From Trypethelium eluteriae (Eukaryota): DNA of 64,000 nt. Below the pieces are notes generated by a model. The model had not been told where the DNA came from and did not search any database. It saw nothing but the letters and a program-made list of their open reading frames with translations. The DNA lies in NCBI GenBank assembly GCA_051942245.1, contig JAVECL010000011.1, forward strand, positions 1 through 64,000. Reading direction: 5' to 3'. Position numbers and translations under genes: made by a program. Shown here one piece after another: positions 14,423 to 27,784 of the stretch (the first letter of the stretch is position 1; every line of letters starts with the position of its first letter).

Positions 14423-16559
14423 CTGCAATTACTCGGTTCTGTATGGGATTCTTACATCCATTCACTGTAAACTGGCGAGCTTCTCATGGCCGAAAAGTAT
14501 CGGGCTACGTAGGCGTTCGATCGTAGCGATATAATTTCTCTGCTAGACCCATTTTCAGTCACGATTTGGCAACTTCAATGCAGTTGTGAAGAGTGTGAGC
14601 TAACAACAGAGCTAATCACTAAACGTGTGTTGTTCGTACCTGATGGCGAAATCACATTTGAACCAGCAGTACATTAATGACCAGCCCGATTACGAACATG
14701 CTGTCCAAGTGCTCACTCAACTACAGCCCCTTGACATTCCGGACAAGACACATACGGAGGGATTGCCGGCATAGAATTCCTAGGGGAAATGGTGGAGCGT
14801 GCATTAGGGCATACGCAATGTTGAGCCAAAACAGAATGAGAAATGATACCTTATGATTGATAAGAAGGAGTGGCCTTATTTAACTTTGCACTCAACTTCC
14901 TCCACCAGAACTAACGACGATTGAACATCATGATACTTGATAGCCTAGGGGCCGCCAGCCACCTAGCCTCACGTGGCGTCTGCTAGGTGATGCCTTTGCA
15001 ACTGCAGGCGCGCACTCGACCCGTTATTGACAATACTAGAAAGGCCATGCTCCCACCGAGGCTGGTAAATAAGAGATTTGAAGTGCTCATCCTGGAATGA
15101 TATCCCGGTCTTCCCAGTGAGCACTGCGATTACATCAAGTAAACTCCATCAAGTGAAACATGTCATCCTCACATTCAAGAGGAGGTCAATAAATGGCTTC
15201 AAATGATACGCCGCGTTGCGGGTGGAGACTTGGCTAATCGGGCGCAAATGTTTGCACTAGATGCTCAATCGGGACGGGACTGTTTCAAAGAACTGAATTT
15301 TATTGAGCCAAACAAGCTAGCGTAGCAATACTACATCAATCTGTGCTGCTCACCCCAATCGAAGCAACAACCCTCAGCAAAGGTGACATGGAGCGTAAGC
15401 TAGACCCTTCAACGCCAGCACATGAGCCTTTGAGGGGTCTCAGCCACTGGTCCTACCCGTGTGCATGTCGCCGGATACTGCATCATAACAAAGGAGATAT
15501 CTGTCCTTCCTCTGGTGGGTCATGAATGGACCTCACAGCTCGACGGAGAATGCGTTGACGAATGTCAGGTGACTACTTGTGCGGGACCCTTATCAACGAG
15601 CAGAGAGAATTCCCGATGATGACCGAAGACGAGTGCTCGCCGAAGCTGCGTCTGTGGGGTTGGCCGAACTTGCCCTCCTGATCAGCCCATCGACGGCAAG
15701 GGGGAGGAACAAGCGTCTGTAGGTGCTCAAGCAACTCCGGAATGGATGATTGCTGTGCCCAGACACTATGTGAACGCCTTGCTGTTGTGTTGGTAGACTG
15801 AGTAGATCAGATTGTATGAGAGGATTCCGAGCCTTGATCTCACGCATGAGCCGGCCTCAAGTGGGAGCATCTGAGTCTATAGAGACGATGTGGTCGGAGC
15901 CATGAGCAGACCCCACTAGCGTTCGTCGTCTAAGTGAGGTGTGCTCCCTGCTGATAGAGCCGAGCAGCGCGTCACTTGTTGATGTTTGCTTTGACTTCTT
16001 CCTAACCGCGTAGAATTCGTAGTGGCTTCCGTACGACGATGATGTGCCATGATAAGATGTGCTACTTTCCGAACTGCGTACTTCCCGAAAGAGCGATGGA
16101 CCTGTGGTTCGTTCTTGCCTTCACGTTTGACCGCGCTTTCGGTGGTGTGCCGAACTGACTTCAATTCTTCCTCCAGCCATGCTTCCCATCCTCTCAACAA
16201 TCAACATTTCACTCCATCATCAGTTCATTCTTCTTGCATCAACCCTTCAGATTTATCTGTAGACGCAAACACAAGCCCTTCTCAGTATTCCCTTGCACCG
16301 AAAGGTCAGTATTTTCGCGTCCCGGCAGTGGAATCGATGGGGTCCTTCGTCTTCTCTATCTCAGGAGCCAAGTCCACGCAGCCAGACTTGTACTTGATCC
16401 ACGAGATCATTTGTCCTGGCGAGAGCCGAATTGTTTTTCTTAAAACCCTGTATCGCTGACCTCGCTGTCATAGTGTCAACTGTCCTAAGCACACCAACCA
16501 AGGCTGACTCTGTTCCGAAACATCCTTCATCTTCCACGGTCGGTGAAAAAGACGTTGCA

Positions 16560-18926
16560 ATGGCAGATCGAAGCCCTGTAGCTGCTCAAGGCTATAGTCT
16601 CTTCCCAACTCAAGGTAGGCAGAGAGGCCCCAATAGTCTTAATGAACGCACTCGAGCCCCGCCAGCAAATCGGAAGCCACGTCCTTCACCACCCCCTGTG
16701 CCACCAGCGCCGCCCCCAACGCCGGCACCAAGTCCCAGCCCTCCTCCGTCACCACCACCTACCAATGGTATCACTATGACCTCCTTGAGTCAGCCTCCCA
16801 CGCCAAGTACCAATTGGCGGGAGAATAATGCTGATGATCATCAAGGGACAGAGGGTTCGGCCAGGTCGACGTTTGCGGATGGGCAGACCGTAGAGCCAAA
16901 CGAACAAGACTTAAAGGGAGAGGAGGTAGTAAGGTTTCATGCGGAGGAAGTTTTTGGCCCGAGCGAGCAACTCGATGAAAAGCCACTACCACCGCTGCCT
17001 AGTAAACTCGAAGATGATGGGCTTGAGTATCTCAAGCCTACCGTTTATACGGTCTCTAAGAATCGCGGCGGTCCAAAGAAATCGAACCTTGCAACGACGA
17101 CGTCAACGGTAAGGAAGAGTCCACAGACAGTTCAGGACCCACAAGCCGACAAGAAAGAGAACTCGCATTCACGACAAATCAAAAAGTACCCCAGCTCTCC
17201 AGTCTTGCAGACGGAGAAGCGGGCCATAGAACGAGGTGAGAAGAAACTCCGACGAGAGGCGACCGTGCATGTAAAAGAAGGTGGAGACCTGGCCATTACC
17301 GAACCTGCCATTTCTTCTGCATGGAGAAGCGAGACTTCACCAGCCTCCAAGCCAAGGAAAAGGGTTCAGCCGAAGTTCCAGCCTCTTTGTACAGTCTCTG
17401 GTATGGCAAAAGCCCGAGAAGAGATTAGGTTGAAGGCATCCAGAGAAACCCAACTCTCTCCGACGAAAGGCACAACCCTACCAGCATCGCAGGTAAGGAA
17501 AGCGGGACCACCGTTTACGAATGCAAGTCAAATCTCGCCGAAGTCATCTGCAGCAAGTCCGAAGTCGCCAGAGTCCTCCAAGTCACAGTTCTCCACACCA
17601 GATTCGCGTACATCGACCACGACAAAGTCTTCGCCTTCGATGCGAAAGAGGACTCTATCACGGGTCAAGACTTTTTTCGGACTAGATGGGACCATGGAAG
17701 ATAGTCTTCTCGAGCATGTGGACGTAGCTGTTGCACATGCTCTTGATGCAAACGACGATGCCATTGAGGACACCACACACGAGCCTGCCCAATCAGCAGA
17801 GAATGCATCCGAAGAAAAGAAAGTGCACCTCGAGAGCATCGATGGCACCATGAAGACAGAGGGCGTGGCGACTTCAGGTTCTCAACTGCGAGGAAATGCC
17901 AAGCGGTTCAATACCCCTCCTGAGTTCAAAAAAGAGCAGACGTCAAGGTCGGTCTACAATGATCTCAACCCTAAGTCCATGGGTGAGGACTTCATCCTAT
18001 TCGATCCGGAACACGATCGGAATGTATATGGACCTGATAATGCTTTCCAGTTCCCCGCCCCAACACTAGATGAATCCGGGTTTGATAGATACATAAGTCT
18101 TCTTTCGTCTCCAGCATATCCACTGCCACCTGAGACTTATCCGTCTGCCGCGTTCGCAATGAGTACACCAGATGGTTTGCCGTGCGTTGTCAGCTCACAA
18201 GCAGCAAGACCTGGCGAAACACCGCAGATGGGAGTTGAAACGAATCTTCCTTGGGGATCGTCATCATTCGCAAATCCGCAATCGAATTTTGACAGTAGGC
18301 TTCCCGAACGTTCGTTCAACGATTTCTACCAATATGTACCCGCCATCGGCTCGCACATTGGCACGCAGCAACTCTCAGACCAGTTCACTTCGGATCGATA
18401 CAGTAACTGGAGAGAGGCTTCTCCCCCACGCATGAATGCACATCCGTCTTGGAAAAGGCCGCAGGGTAGACGCCGAACGAAGCTTCACGACCCAGAAGTT
18501 GCTGCTAAAGTGAGGGCTGGACAGAACAACAAGAATGCCGCCGTGAGAGCATTGAATGCTGCAATGAATCAAGCGGGACAGGGATCCTCCGTGTTTTCTG
18601 ATGAATATAACCCGAACCGGAAACGCCAGCATCATCCTCGTCTGCAGGGTCCCACGCCATCACCCTCTTACCAGGACCTCAGATATAGCCAGGCACCTTT
18701 CACTTCAGTAGGTCCGAGTCAGCCGAACGATTACTTCGAGAGGTGGGGACAACTGAGGCACGGGGTCTCAGAGCCGAGTTTGGGAACCCTTGCGAGAATG
18801 CAGCAGGTGAGTCCGGTTACATGCAGTCATACATGCATGCTCGACGCGGCAGAGATGGGGGGTGGTTACTGCCCTGGCTGTCTTGGCGTTGGGGCTCTGC
18901 CCACTCAAAGGCCGAACTTATATTAA
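16560..18926 (+). CDS. Hypothetical Pro/Ser-rich low-complexity protein (about 790 aa) with a C-terminal Cys motif
   Basis: Long uninterrupted ORF; poly-Pro stretch; ends VTCSHTC...GGYCPGC; no family recognised; start uncertain (possible 5' intron 16305-16473). Confidence 0.6.
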   Translation: MADRSPVAAQGYSLFPTQGRQRGPNSLNERTRAPPANRKPRPSPPPVPPAPPPTPAPSPSPPPSPPPTNGITMTSLSQPPTPSTNWRENNADDHQGTEGSARSTFADGQTVEPNEQDLKGEEVVRFHAEEVFGPSEQLDEKPLPPLPSKLEDDGLEYLKPTVYTVSKNRGGPKKSNLATTTSTVRKSPQTVQDPQADKKENSHSRQIKKYPSSPVLQTEKRAIERGEKKLRREATVHVKEGGDLAITEPAISSAWRSETSPASKPRKRVQPKFQPLCTVSGMAKAREEIRLKASRETQLSPTKGTTLPASQVRKAGPPFTNASQISPKSSAASPKSPESSKSQFSTPDSRTSTTTKSSPSMRKRTLSRVKTFFGLDGTMEDSLLEHVDVAVAHALDANDDAIEDTTHEPAQSAENASEEKKVHLESIDGTMKTEGVATSGSQLRGNAKRFNTPPEFKKEQTSRSVYNDLNPKSMGEDFILFDPEHDRNVYGPDNAFQFPAPTLDESGFDRYISLLSSPAYPLPPETYPSAAFAMSTPDGLPCVVSSQAARPGETPQMGVETNLPWGSSSFANPQSNFDSRLPERSFNDFYQYVPAIGSHIGTQQLSDQFTSDRYSNWREASPPRMNAHPSWKRPQGRRRTKLHDPEVAAKVRAGQNNKNAAVRALNAAMNQAGQGSSVFSDEYNPNRKRQHHPRLQGPTPSPSYQDLRYSQAPFTSVGPSQPNDYFERWGQLRHGVSEPSLGTLARMQQVSPVTCSHTCMLDAAEMGGGYCPGCLGVGALPTQRPNLY

Positions 18927-19748
18927 CCGAACATGAGAACGAGGTGGTCGTGGTGAACTGAGGATTCACGAAAATGGTGCAAAAGTCCTTTGCTCTTCTC
19001 GATGGTTGAAGACTCGCTCTCATGAGTTCACTTGATGCCGCATTGCTCGACGTTTCTTCTTCTCACTTGCTGAAATCGGAACTATTGCTCAAGACTTGGC
19101 TTGCAAAAGCGTCCTCGGTGTGAAGTTGGAGTCACAGCTGAGTGAGACAACTGAACTCGACTTCCTCTTTGTTCCCTTCAGTAGGGTTATAGCTTTGAAG
19201 TACGTCGATCCGAGGATACGATGGATGACGATTGCTAAACTTCATAGTTGCTCTTCTCGGACGATTGTGCTTCCTTTCTTATCGATGGCGGACGTCTGTT
19301 CTATCTTGCATGGAGTATTTGCTTCTCACTGTCAAGAGCTTTACGTGAATGGAGGTAGTAAAGATGACCGTTGCTTTGTTTTCCTATTGCTTCGACGATC
19401 GACTGCTGTGTGGGTTGGGCCGAGCCATCCAAGGTCATGATGACAGTGGTGCAGGGCCTGGTAGCTGAAGAATGCTCGGAATCGGTGCTTGAGAAGGGTT
19501 CATTGCTCTTGAAGTGTAGTAAGCTCATCGATTAGCTTCAGTTGATACTGAATAGTAGCTTCAAGCTCGTTCACTGATCTGCAGCCTCGGCTACCCCGCG
19601 TGTTCCTTCGGTGCTCCAAAAAATGATGACGGTGACTAAAGCAAAAAAAAGCAAATGGAAGCCATCAAGCTATTTGGATGGAACCTGCACAAGGCTGATG
19701 GTTCTCCAAAAGTTTGGTAGGAATGGTGGTGCCAGTGTCAGGAGGAAA

Positions 19749-21010
19749 ATGACGAGCAGTGCTGGTGGGCAAACCCCACGAGCGACCCCAAAGTCAAAAA
19801 CAACAGCGAAGGTGGCTGCACCAACGATCCCTCGCCCGAGCGCCAGGTAAGGCTCTTGTCACCTCGACCATGCAGTGTCCCCTTTTTTGAGGTCATTAAC
19901 TGTATCCCTGGTTGGCCTCAAATTATTCACCCTCGATTTTGTAGTGTGCTCCTCATATCACCGACGAACCAGATCCTACTCCTTCACCGTGTGCAGTCCT
20001 CCAGTGCCTTTCCCTCTGCCCATGTCTTCCCTGGTGGCAATCTCTCTGCTCAGCACGATGGCCATATACCGGAGCCCAATGCACCGGCGAGGCATCAAGA
20101 CGGAGAAGCGTACAGGCTAGGGGCTATCCGAGAGACTTTCGAAGAAAGCGGCATTCTCCTTGCTCGAAACAATGGGTTCGGAAGATTGCTTGAGGTCCGC
20201 GATGATGAGAGAGAAGAAGGCCGTAAGGCTATTCACCAGGGAGCCTTAGACTTTCGAACCTGGCTGGCTCGGAAAGGGGGAAGGGCAGACACAGGTACGT
20301 ATGCCTTCACACACCCTCGAACCATCATATAGATTTGTAGGATCAAGTACTCATACGATCTATCAGATGGTCTGATTCCGTTCACTCGTTGGATTACACC
20401 ACCGCATCTCCCCAAGCGCTTCACAACCCAAATGTACCTATACTTCCTACCCGTTGCCTCGACTTCTTCCCACGCAGACAATCCCTCCATGGGCCCACTG
20501 TCGTCCAACATGTCCACAGAAGCTATGATACCCTCCCCGACACACGATGGTGGTATCGAGCATACTGCAGCACGCTTCCTCCCTCCCTCTGCGTGGCTCA
20601 GAATAGCCAATAATGAAGAAATCATTCTCTTTCCACCACAGTACTTTCTGCTTCACCTAATTGCGCCTTTCCTAAGTCCAGACAATGCTCCTACACCCAT
20701 GGAGCCGGGTGAATTGTCCAGACAGCGTGGCGCTCTCCTTGAGTTTGTCCGCAATGGGGGAGGGCAGACTCCATGGGCGGAGAAAGCCATCAGTCCTGAA
20801 GTAGTGCTCAAAACAAAGCCAGGTGGCTATGGAGACGGCAGGACCATGCTAGGGCTAGCTAAGCCTGGACCGGAGTTGAGCGGCACAGGTAGGACAGGAG
20901 ATGCGGAACGGATTGTGTATGTGGATTTTAGAAAGGAGGGTACGAGGCGAGTAGAGGTCAGAATGAAGAAGGATGCATTTGAGGATGAGAGAGACATGGG
21001 CAAGCTTTAA
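19749..21010 (+). CDS. NUDIX hydrolase (NUDT19-like acyl-CoA diphosphatase), possibly peroxisomal
   Basis: PRPSAS|VLLISP, HVFPGG, AIRETFEESGILL Nudix box, FTRWITP..PKRFTTQMYLYFLP, LFPPQ; introns at 19847-19944 and about 20294-20367; C-terminal GKL is PTS1-like. Confidence 0.85.
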
Positions 21011-21354
21011 GATATTCCTACTGTATGATAACATTGAGATGGATTGTATCATACACATAGAAATCTACATAATGCCAAACCCCTTAAACAGCATCAGAGC
21101 TCAACTCTGATGAATCAAGAAAAGAAGCGTATGAAAGATGCACCTATCCATTATCAGGAGCGAAAGAAGCTTGATCAAATCGATCTCCCACCTAGCACAG
21201 GTGGTTGACAAGGTTTTGACCAACCCGGACTTTAAGCGACGCACATGGGCTTTTTGTGACAACCAGAACTTCACTTGTTGCCTGCCCCACCACCATACAA
21301 ACAGCCCAATTCTCCCTCAAACACCGCCGTTTTCCCTTCGCGCAACCGCTCAAC

Positions 21355-21791
21355 ATGCAGAACGAGAAAGGAGACGTCGTGGATCTGTAAGCCTTCCCTG
21401 TTTGCAAAGCCCAAGCATTCTAGCCCTTGCAGCTTTTGACCGAGGCTCGAGGATCAAAGACGACTGACGTAGAGCCCAACATCTATGATCTCGAAGTTAC
21501 TGCTAGTTGGACTTTCTTCAACTCTTCTGCGCACACTGCTAATCCCACAAATTTCGCGCTAGTTATGTCCCTCGCAAATGCAGCGCTACAAACCGCATCA
21601 TCAAAGCTAAAGACCACGCATCAGTCCAAATCTCCGTCGGCAAGGTTGACGAAAATGGCCGTTACACTGGAGAAAATCAGACATATGCACTATGTGGGTT
21701 TGTGAGAGCAATGGGGGAGAGCGATGACAGCATAAACCGGCTAGCTCAGCGGGATGGGTACTTGAAAGGGGTCTGGAGTGCGAATCGGTAG
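21355..21791 (+). CDS. RPS21: 40S ribosomal protein S21 (eS21)
   Basis: Exons 21355-21386 and 21563-21791 give [86 protein letters not shown]; intron GTAAGC...GCTAAT...TAG. Confidence 0.96.
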
Positions 21792-23147
21792 GCCAGCTTA
21801 TTTGCTTGCCTACAACCTAGAGTTCTTCTACAGAATGATGTACGGCGGAGGTCATTTGAGAAATGGGAATCGACAATCTCGAATGAGGATATTCATGGAA
21901 TGGAGTCATGGGGATTCGAGCGATTGAGCTTGGTGCTCAGATTTTGAAAATCGCTACAGCATACTCAGTCTGCTTGATACAAACTCAAATCTCATCAATT
22001 TTTACGAGATAATCTGGTGATGTTGTGCTCGTCTGGCCGCTCTTTTTCACCTGCATTGTCCTCCACAGTGACGTCACGTGCCTTCCTGCGCACAGTACGC
22101 GTACAAAAGACCGCGTCGCGGGCAGTCTACGACTTTCTTCCTACAACCTCGACGGTCGAAACCTGCCTCGCGTGTGGTTTCGTCGTCGAGCTGCGGCATT
22201 GACCAATAACTTACCAACTCGCACATTTAATGCGATAGGCATGTTCATCGCCGCTAGACTAAACTTACCACGTTAAAAAGGCTGCCATGACAGAGGAACG
22301 GCATGGCGGGTACAGATACGCGTGGAACAACCAAATCTCAGCCACGAGCATATTCTGTTCATGGGACCTCCTCGCCATCTCGAAATTCTCGCCCATCACA
22401 CTGTGGCTGCACTGTAAGGGAAGATGTCTTTAATCGGAGTAGATGGCCTCGAATTGCGCAATGTGCAAGAGTCGGGCTTCACCTCAAGAACGCTTACGAG
22501 ATACGCCCGATTGATTTTGTTTGCTGGCTCATCTAGATCAAGTCCATTGCCGAGGTCTCTTTCTCAAAGAAGCAACGAGAAAGACGTAGCTTTGCCACTG
22601 GTCCTGACAGACTTCTCTTCCACATGCTTAGCCAGTTTTCTTGTTTCATCTGATTTTGTCAACAGCAGTGTATTCGAAATAGGTCTCAACAGAGCGACAA
22701 GAGCTTACACTTCTCGTGAGTATCTCCTCGATGGTCCTACATAGCCTTCCCCCCCAAGGAAAGACTTCATAGTTCATACAGATGCCGTTGCGATTGGTTC
22801 AAAAAATGACTTGTAGGGAGCATACGAGTAGTACATCGGAGGCGAAGAAAAGTCGAAGATCTTTCGTTGGTATATAGTTCTCACAGTACCATGGTCTATC
22901 ACGTACCATGGAAATCATCTATCTAAGCCGCGTTCATCTTTGCAGATGAAGGCGTTGAAGAAACATTGATATCATCTTCCAGTACAGCTGCCTAGGCTAA
23001 CTTGTAAACCGACAGCACCAAAAAGTAAGACGTCTACTGAAAAACCGTACTTCGGCCAGACCACAAGGAAAATTTGGGCAGGCAGCTCGCCGTTGAATCT
23101 GCATGGCAAACAACCTTGCTACCACCTATTACCACGGCAGAGATTCC

Positions 23148-23408
23148 TTAATAGCGCCATCTCCTATCTTGTCGAAATTGTTGTGGCATCCAAGGCTTGG
23201 TATAGTAACAAGGCGGGCACTGGTAGGTCACTGGGTATGTTGACACGCTTCGGCCAGGTCCACATCTGAATGGAAGCTGGAATGGTACCATAACTGGGCT
23301 GTGACCATGATTGATGCGGTGAAGCTGCTGTCGGAGGTTGGCGCACTGATATTGAGCCGGTCGGGACGTGTGCTGACAAGAGTATCTACAATTGTAACTC
23401 CTACACAT
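23148..23408 (-). CDS. Small Cys/His-rich hypothetical protein (86 aa)
   Basis: MCRSYNCRYSCQH...C...C...CPPC pattern; CT-rich leader upstream; no signal peptide. Confidence 0.45.
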   Translation of the reverse strand: MCRSYNCRYSCQHTSRPAQYQCANLRQQLHRINHGHSPVMVPFQLPFRCGPGRSVSTYPVTYQCPPCYYTKPWMPQQFRQDRRWRY

Positions 23409-25614
23409 GGTCGAATCGACAATGGATAATTCCCGAATAGAGTTCGAGGATGGTGACTGGTATGCTGAATATTTCTGAGCGAAAATTGCCGGTATGGTAT
23501 CGCTCACAGAGAGTTGGAAACGAAGTGCCAGTAATAGCGGACGAGCTCAGGGGACGTTGACTCTGGTATAGGATCTTCTGGCAAGACCATAGACGCAACT
23601 CAATTTGTGCCAGGTAGGAAATTTGACAGGAATGAAGAGAGCAGATACTGATATGGAAGTGGTGAAAGAAGATCTCTTAAGTATCTACGACCTACAGCTA
23701 GGGAAGTGTGTTTTCAATCCGTTTAATCTGCCAGTGATGCCAGAGTGCTGACTAGAAACTGTGCAGAGAACCTACAATGCAATGACACACCAGGACACAG
23801 CCATGTTCTGATGGTGTTGTGGCGAAAAACCCGATTGTCCTACACCATCGCAAGAAGTAGCGACCTGATTGTTTCAACCAGCATGCAGGTATTTGATGGG
23901 ACAGCCGAACAAGTCCGAAGAGACACATCAGGAAACGACCTGGAACACTGGGTATGTGTCTTTAAGAGAGTAGAAGCCGTCCGAGAGGCAAGAAACGGTT
24001 GAACGATAGCCACGACACACGAGAGACGTACAAGGAACAAACCAACCTTGGTAGGGGGTCTTCTCCACCCTGGTTTGTCAGCTGGGATCAAACACGAATG
24101 ACTCGGTGCGATTCAGGCGTTTCAATCTTGAAAGGTACCTAAAGATGTGGTAGCCCTTCTTCAATCGGTGGGAACCTACACTTTGGGGCCAGTGAAACAT
24201 CTCCAATGACCTCATGCTCGCTGCGATATTTTCGGGGCATTTTACTGAAAAGGGTCGATTGATAACTCGTTCAACAGATCCATGTCTGTTCTGCTTTAAG
24301 CTGCCCTCCTTGCAAACATTTGTAGATGCCCAACCCATTTCTGTTTGCCTATCGTGGACGTAGCGTGTACTCTAAGCGAACAAAAATAGCGGGAGATCCC
24401 GGAATCAATGAACATTTTTAGGCGCATCTCTGAGAACATAATGTAGTGGAGCAAGTATGAGAGATTACGCTGGTTTTGAATCAAACTGCGGATCGATCAT
24501 TCTGGTAAAACTGAAATAAGATTTAAGTAGCATTGCTCCAACGTTCTCGGCCATGCAGCAAGATCGAGAAATCTTCTTTCAGAGCTTGAGAATCCAAGAT
24601 GTATCTGATGGATGAAAAAAAGAAGCTCACGTGAATTTAGGGTAGGCAGAGGTGGGAAGCTATCCTGTTAGAACCCAAGGGACTTGGAGGTATCCGGCCA
24701 CTCAGTAGTCGATGAGCAGATAGGAAAGGTCAACAACTCTAAACGTCACGATATGATTCCCATAGATATATCGAAAATCAAATCCAAAGATGATAATTAG
24801 GGAGCACAAGCCCGCCCATTCAGAAGACATCTAGGGGAAGACCGCACGTGGTGAACCTCGTTGCATGGAGTACGACCCCGTGACCTGGGACGACGCTGAG
24901 AAAGAGGCCAAACAAAATACTGGACGACTTTCATGTCGCTAGCCGTTAGGCAGCAAAGGTTGAAGTGATACATATCGAAGGGTAGCACTGGTAAAAATGA
25001 ATGATAGGTACCTTAGGGAATGCCGTGTGTCTGCATCTGTTATGTATTCCGTACCTTAGTCTCGCATCGACGTTTTAGCGTATTGTCATCGTACGCGGCC
25101 GCGGCCAGTTGCCACTGGATTGGCCCAGCCATGCACGCCATGATGAGATTGGCCAATCAGCAAGAGGCTGGCGTGCCGTGGACCCCGAATCTGGCAGCGC
25201 GACCTGCCGCATTCTTTATCTTGGAGGGCTTCCTTTTTGAACGACACCTCCATCTCCACCTCGACCTCTTCCTCGGCCTTGCCTTGCACCTCTTTCCTCC
25301 TCTTTCTTTCGTTGTTAGTCGAGTCGTCGTTGCCTTTGCTGTCGTTTCATCTCCTTTCCCAGGAAACACATTCGCTTGGAATCCGCATTCCCACCCGTCA
25401 CCCCTGACGGAACGGGCAACCCCGGCCACTACTCCGTACCTCACACCCATTCACCTATCCAGTGTTTCAAGTTTGGTGGGCACGAGCTCGCACTCGAACG
25501 TCGTCATCGTTTCCCCCCTACCTTGTTCCTCTCGCCTTCGTCCAGCTTCTGTTGGTCGTAGGGACGTCCTCTTCTCTACCAATATCCCCTTTAATATCGA
25601 TTCTGTTTTTCACC

Positions 25615-27088
25615 ATGCGGTGCGCATTCGGTTACGCTGCCATCACTGCCCTTTCGGCTTCTGTGGCATATGCCGCAGGGCCTACTTGTGGACCTAATAG
25701 CCCTTGCCCTGAGTCCGCCCCCTGTTGTTCCCGTGAGTTTGCCATATGGATATCTGTTCCCTTCACCATACATCAGTGCTAATGCAGAACTCTAGAGTAT
25801 GGCCAATGTGGTGTTGGCGCATATTGTCTCGGTGGCTGCGATCCTCTCTTCTCACACTCGCTCGATTCCTGTGTCCCAGCTCCAGCCTGCAGTTCTCAAG
25901 ATTACAAGCTCACTGGTCTCGACGGAATCGTCGCAGACACGGACTATCTTGGAGACCCATCTACTGCAAATTGGGTTTCTAGCGGCCAACCTGTTGCATA
26001 CGATAATTCTGTCCTCTTGACCATGGCACCAAGCACCGTTGGCACCCTGCTCACAAGCACAAAATACGTATGGTATGGCAAGGTTTGCGCGACTTTGACG
26101 ACGAGCCAGGGAGCCGGTGTTGTCACTGCTTTCATTTTGATGAGCGATGTAAAGGACGAGATCGACTTCGAGTTTATTGGTGTCGATACAGAGCACACAC
26201 AGTCTAACTTTTACTGGCAAGGTGTAGACGACTGTACGTATCGACCTCCCTGCACACCGGCACATTGTCAATTGCTGACGCTTTCTACCAGACAATAATG
26301 AACTCAATCTCTCTGCCTCCAGCACCCAATCTCAAGTCCACACTTATTGCTTCGATTGGCAGCCTGATACTTTGACCTGGTCCGTGGACGGCAACAACAT
26401 GCGTACTCTCAATAAAGCCGATACATGGAACACGACTGATAATGTTTTCCATTACCCGCAAACTCCAGCCCGCATCGAGCTGTCTTTGTGGCCAGCCGGT
26501 CTCTCCTCGAATGGCCAAGGGACTGTCGACTGGTCGGGAGGTCTTGTCAATTGGAACAGCCCCTACATGAAGAACGGCTACTACTACGCCATGTTCAGCG
26601 ACGTCAACGTCCAATGCTACGACCCACCATCGGGCTACAACAACTCCGGCACCAAGAGCTACGTCTACACGAATAACAATGGTCTAAACACCTCCGTCTC
26701 CACCACCAACGAGCTCGATATTCTCGGCTCTTTCTACGCTACGGGTGAAAATCCGAGCTTCGGTGCCCAGCCCTCTGGCTCTGGCTCCTCCACTGCTTCT
26801 GCTCCTACTCCTAGTAATAGCAACGTTCAGACCGTCCCCGGTAGTGACGGAGCGGGATCCCGAGGAGCTAGTGGTGGCTCTCAGGGTGGTTCATCAGGCG
26901 GCTCCAACAGCGGGTCTGGCAGCGGGTCGAGCGGTACGTCCAGCGCTCCAGGCTCCGGCTCGACCAGTTTCAGTCAGGGCACTGGCGGCAGCAGCACCAG
27001 CGAGGCAAACATTGTCAAGACGTGGCGGACTGAGGGCGGCAGTGCGTTCGCTGTTGTCATCGCCATGTTAGGCCTCCTGCTGTTGTAG
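25615..27088 (+). CDS. GPI-anchored GH16 chitin-glucan transglycosylase with N-terminal chitin-binding module (Utr2/Crh2-like)
   Basis: Signal peptide; CPESAPCCS..YGQCGVGAYCLGGCDP; catalytic DEIDFE; YPQTPARIELSLW; Ser/Gly-rich stalk and hydrophobic C-terminus; two introns. Confidence 0.9.
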
Positions 27089-27784
27089 ATCTCTTTTCAT
27101 CGTTCCGGGGTATATAATCAGCATATTGGCAGGAAGATCCGGCTGCATGTAGTGGTGCTTGCGTTTCTAGCGAAAAGATATGGGCTGGGTCAGGTCGGGC
27201 ATCGGCTTTTTGGATAATTCTGCGAGAGCACCCTGAGGAAGGGGGTCGCAGTGGCGCCTGGTGGCATTAAACGTTTTGACTGGCCTTAGACCGATTCGGT
27301 CGGTCCTTTCTCTGTCACATACTTACTCTTCCTAGAGATGATCCTTGGGGTATTTGGGGCTTTTCTACACCTAATGAGCATATTACAAAATCGTTTTTAA
27401 TTTTCACCTACTCTTATCGGCTATGTGATTCCTTTGTGGATACTGACATTCTCGTATCTGAGCTCAAGTTCTCACGGCTACACAATATCGAAGAGAGGAG
27501 TGTAAACCAATTCGGGTCGTGGCCTAGAGCTATGGGACAATGGATTGCCTATCTATAGACAGTAGAATCGTGCCCCATGGCCATGGGCAGAGACGGCGAC
27601 AATGCGTGGCATGACAGCTTATGGGTGTCATGGATGCTGAAGTCGCTGGAACGCGCTAATTGCACTTCCAGATCCAAACCCATGGTTTTACTACTCCGCC
27701 AAAGCTTCACCCAATGCAAGAGCTCCATCTCCGGTCTGAACAATTGATGGCGCAAGCGACTCAAATCCCGTGGTAGCTGACCTT

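Noticed and set aside
21092..21112. CATCAGAG-N5-CTCTGATG inverted repeat
   Set aside because: An 8-bp stem can arise by chance in 64 kb; TGATGA here has no matching D box
21387..21562. snoRNA or regulatory structure in the 176-nt RPS21 intron
   Set aside because: No convincing C/D box pair or rRNA guide; only a weak imperfect hairpin
25020..25697. 225-aa ORF upstream of the GH16 gene
   Set aside because: Reads through the CT-rich promoter and 5' UTR; composition not protein-like
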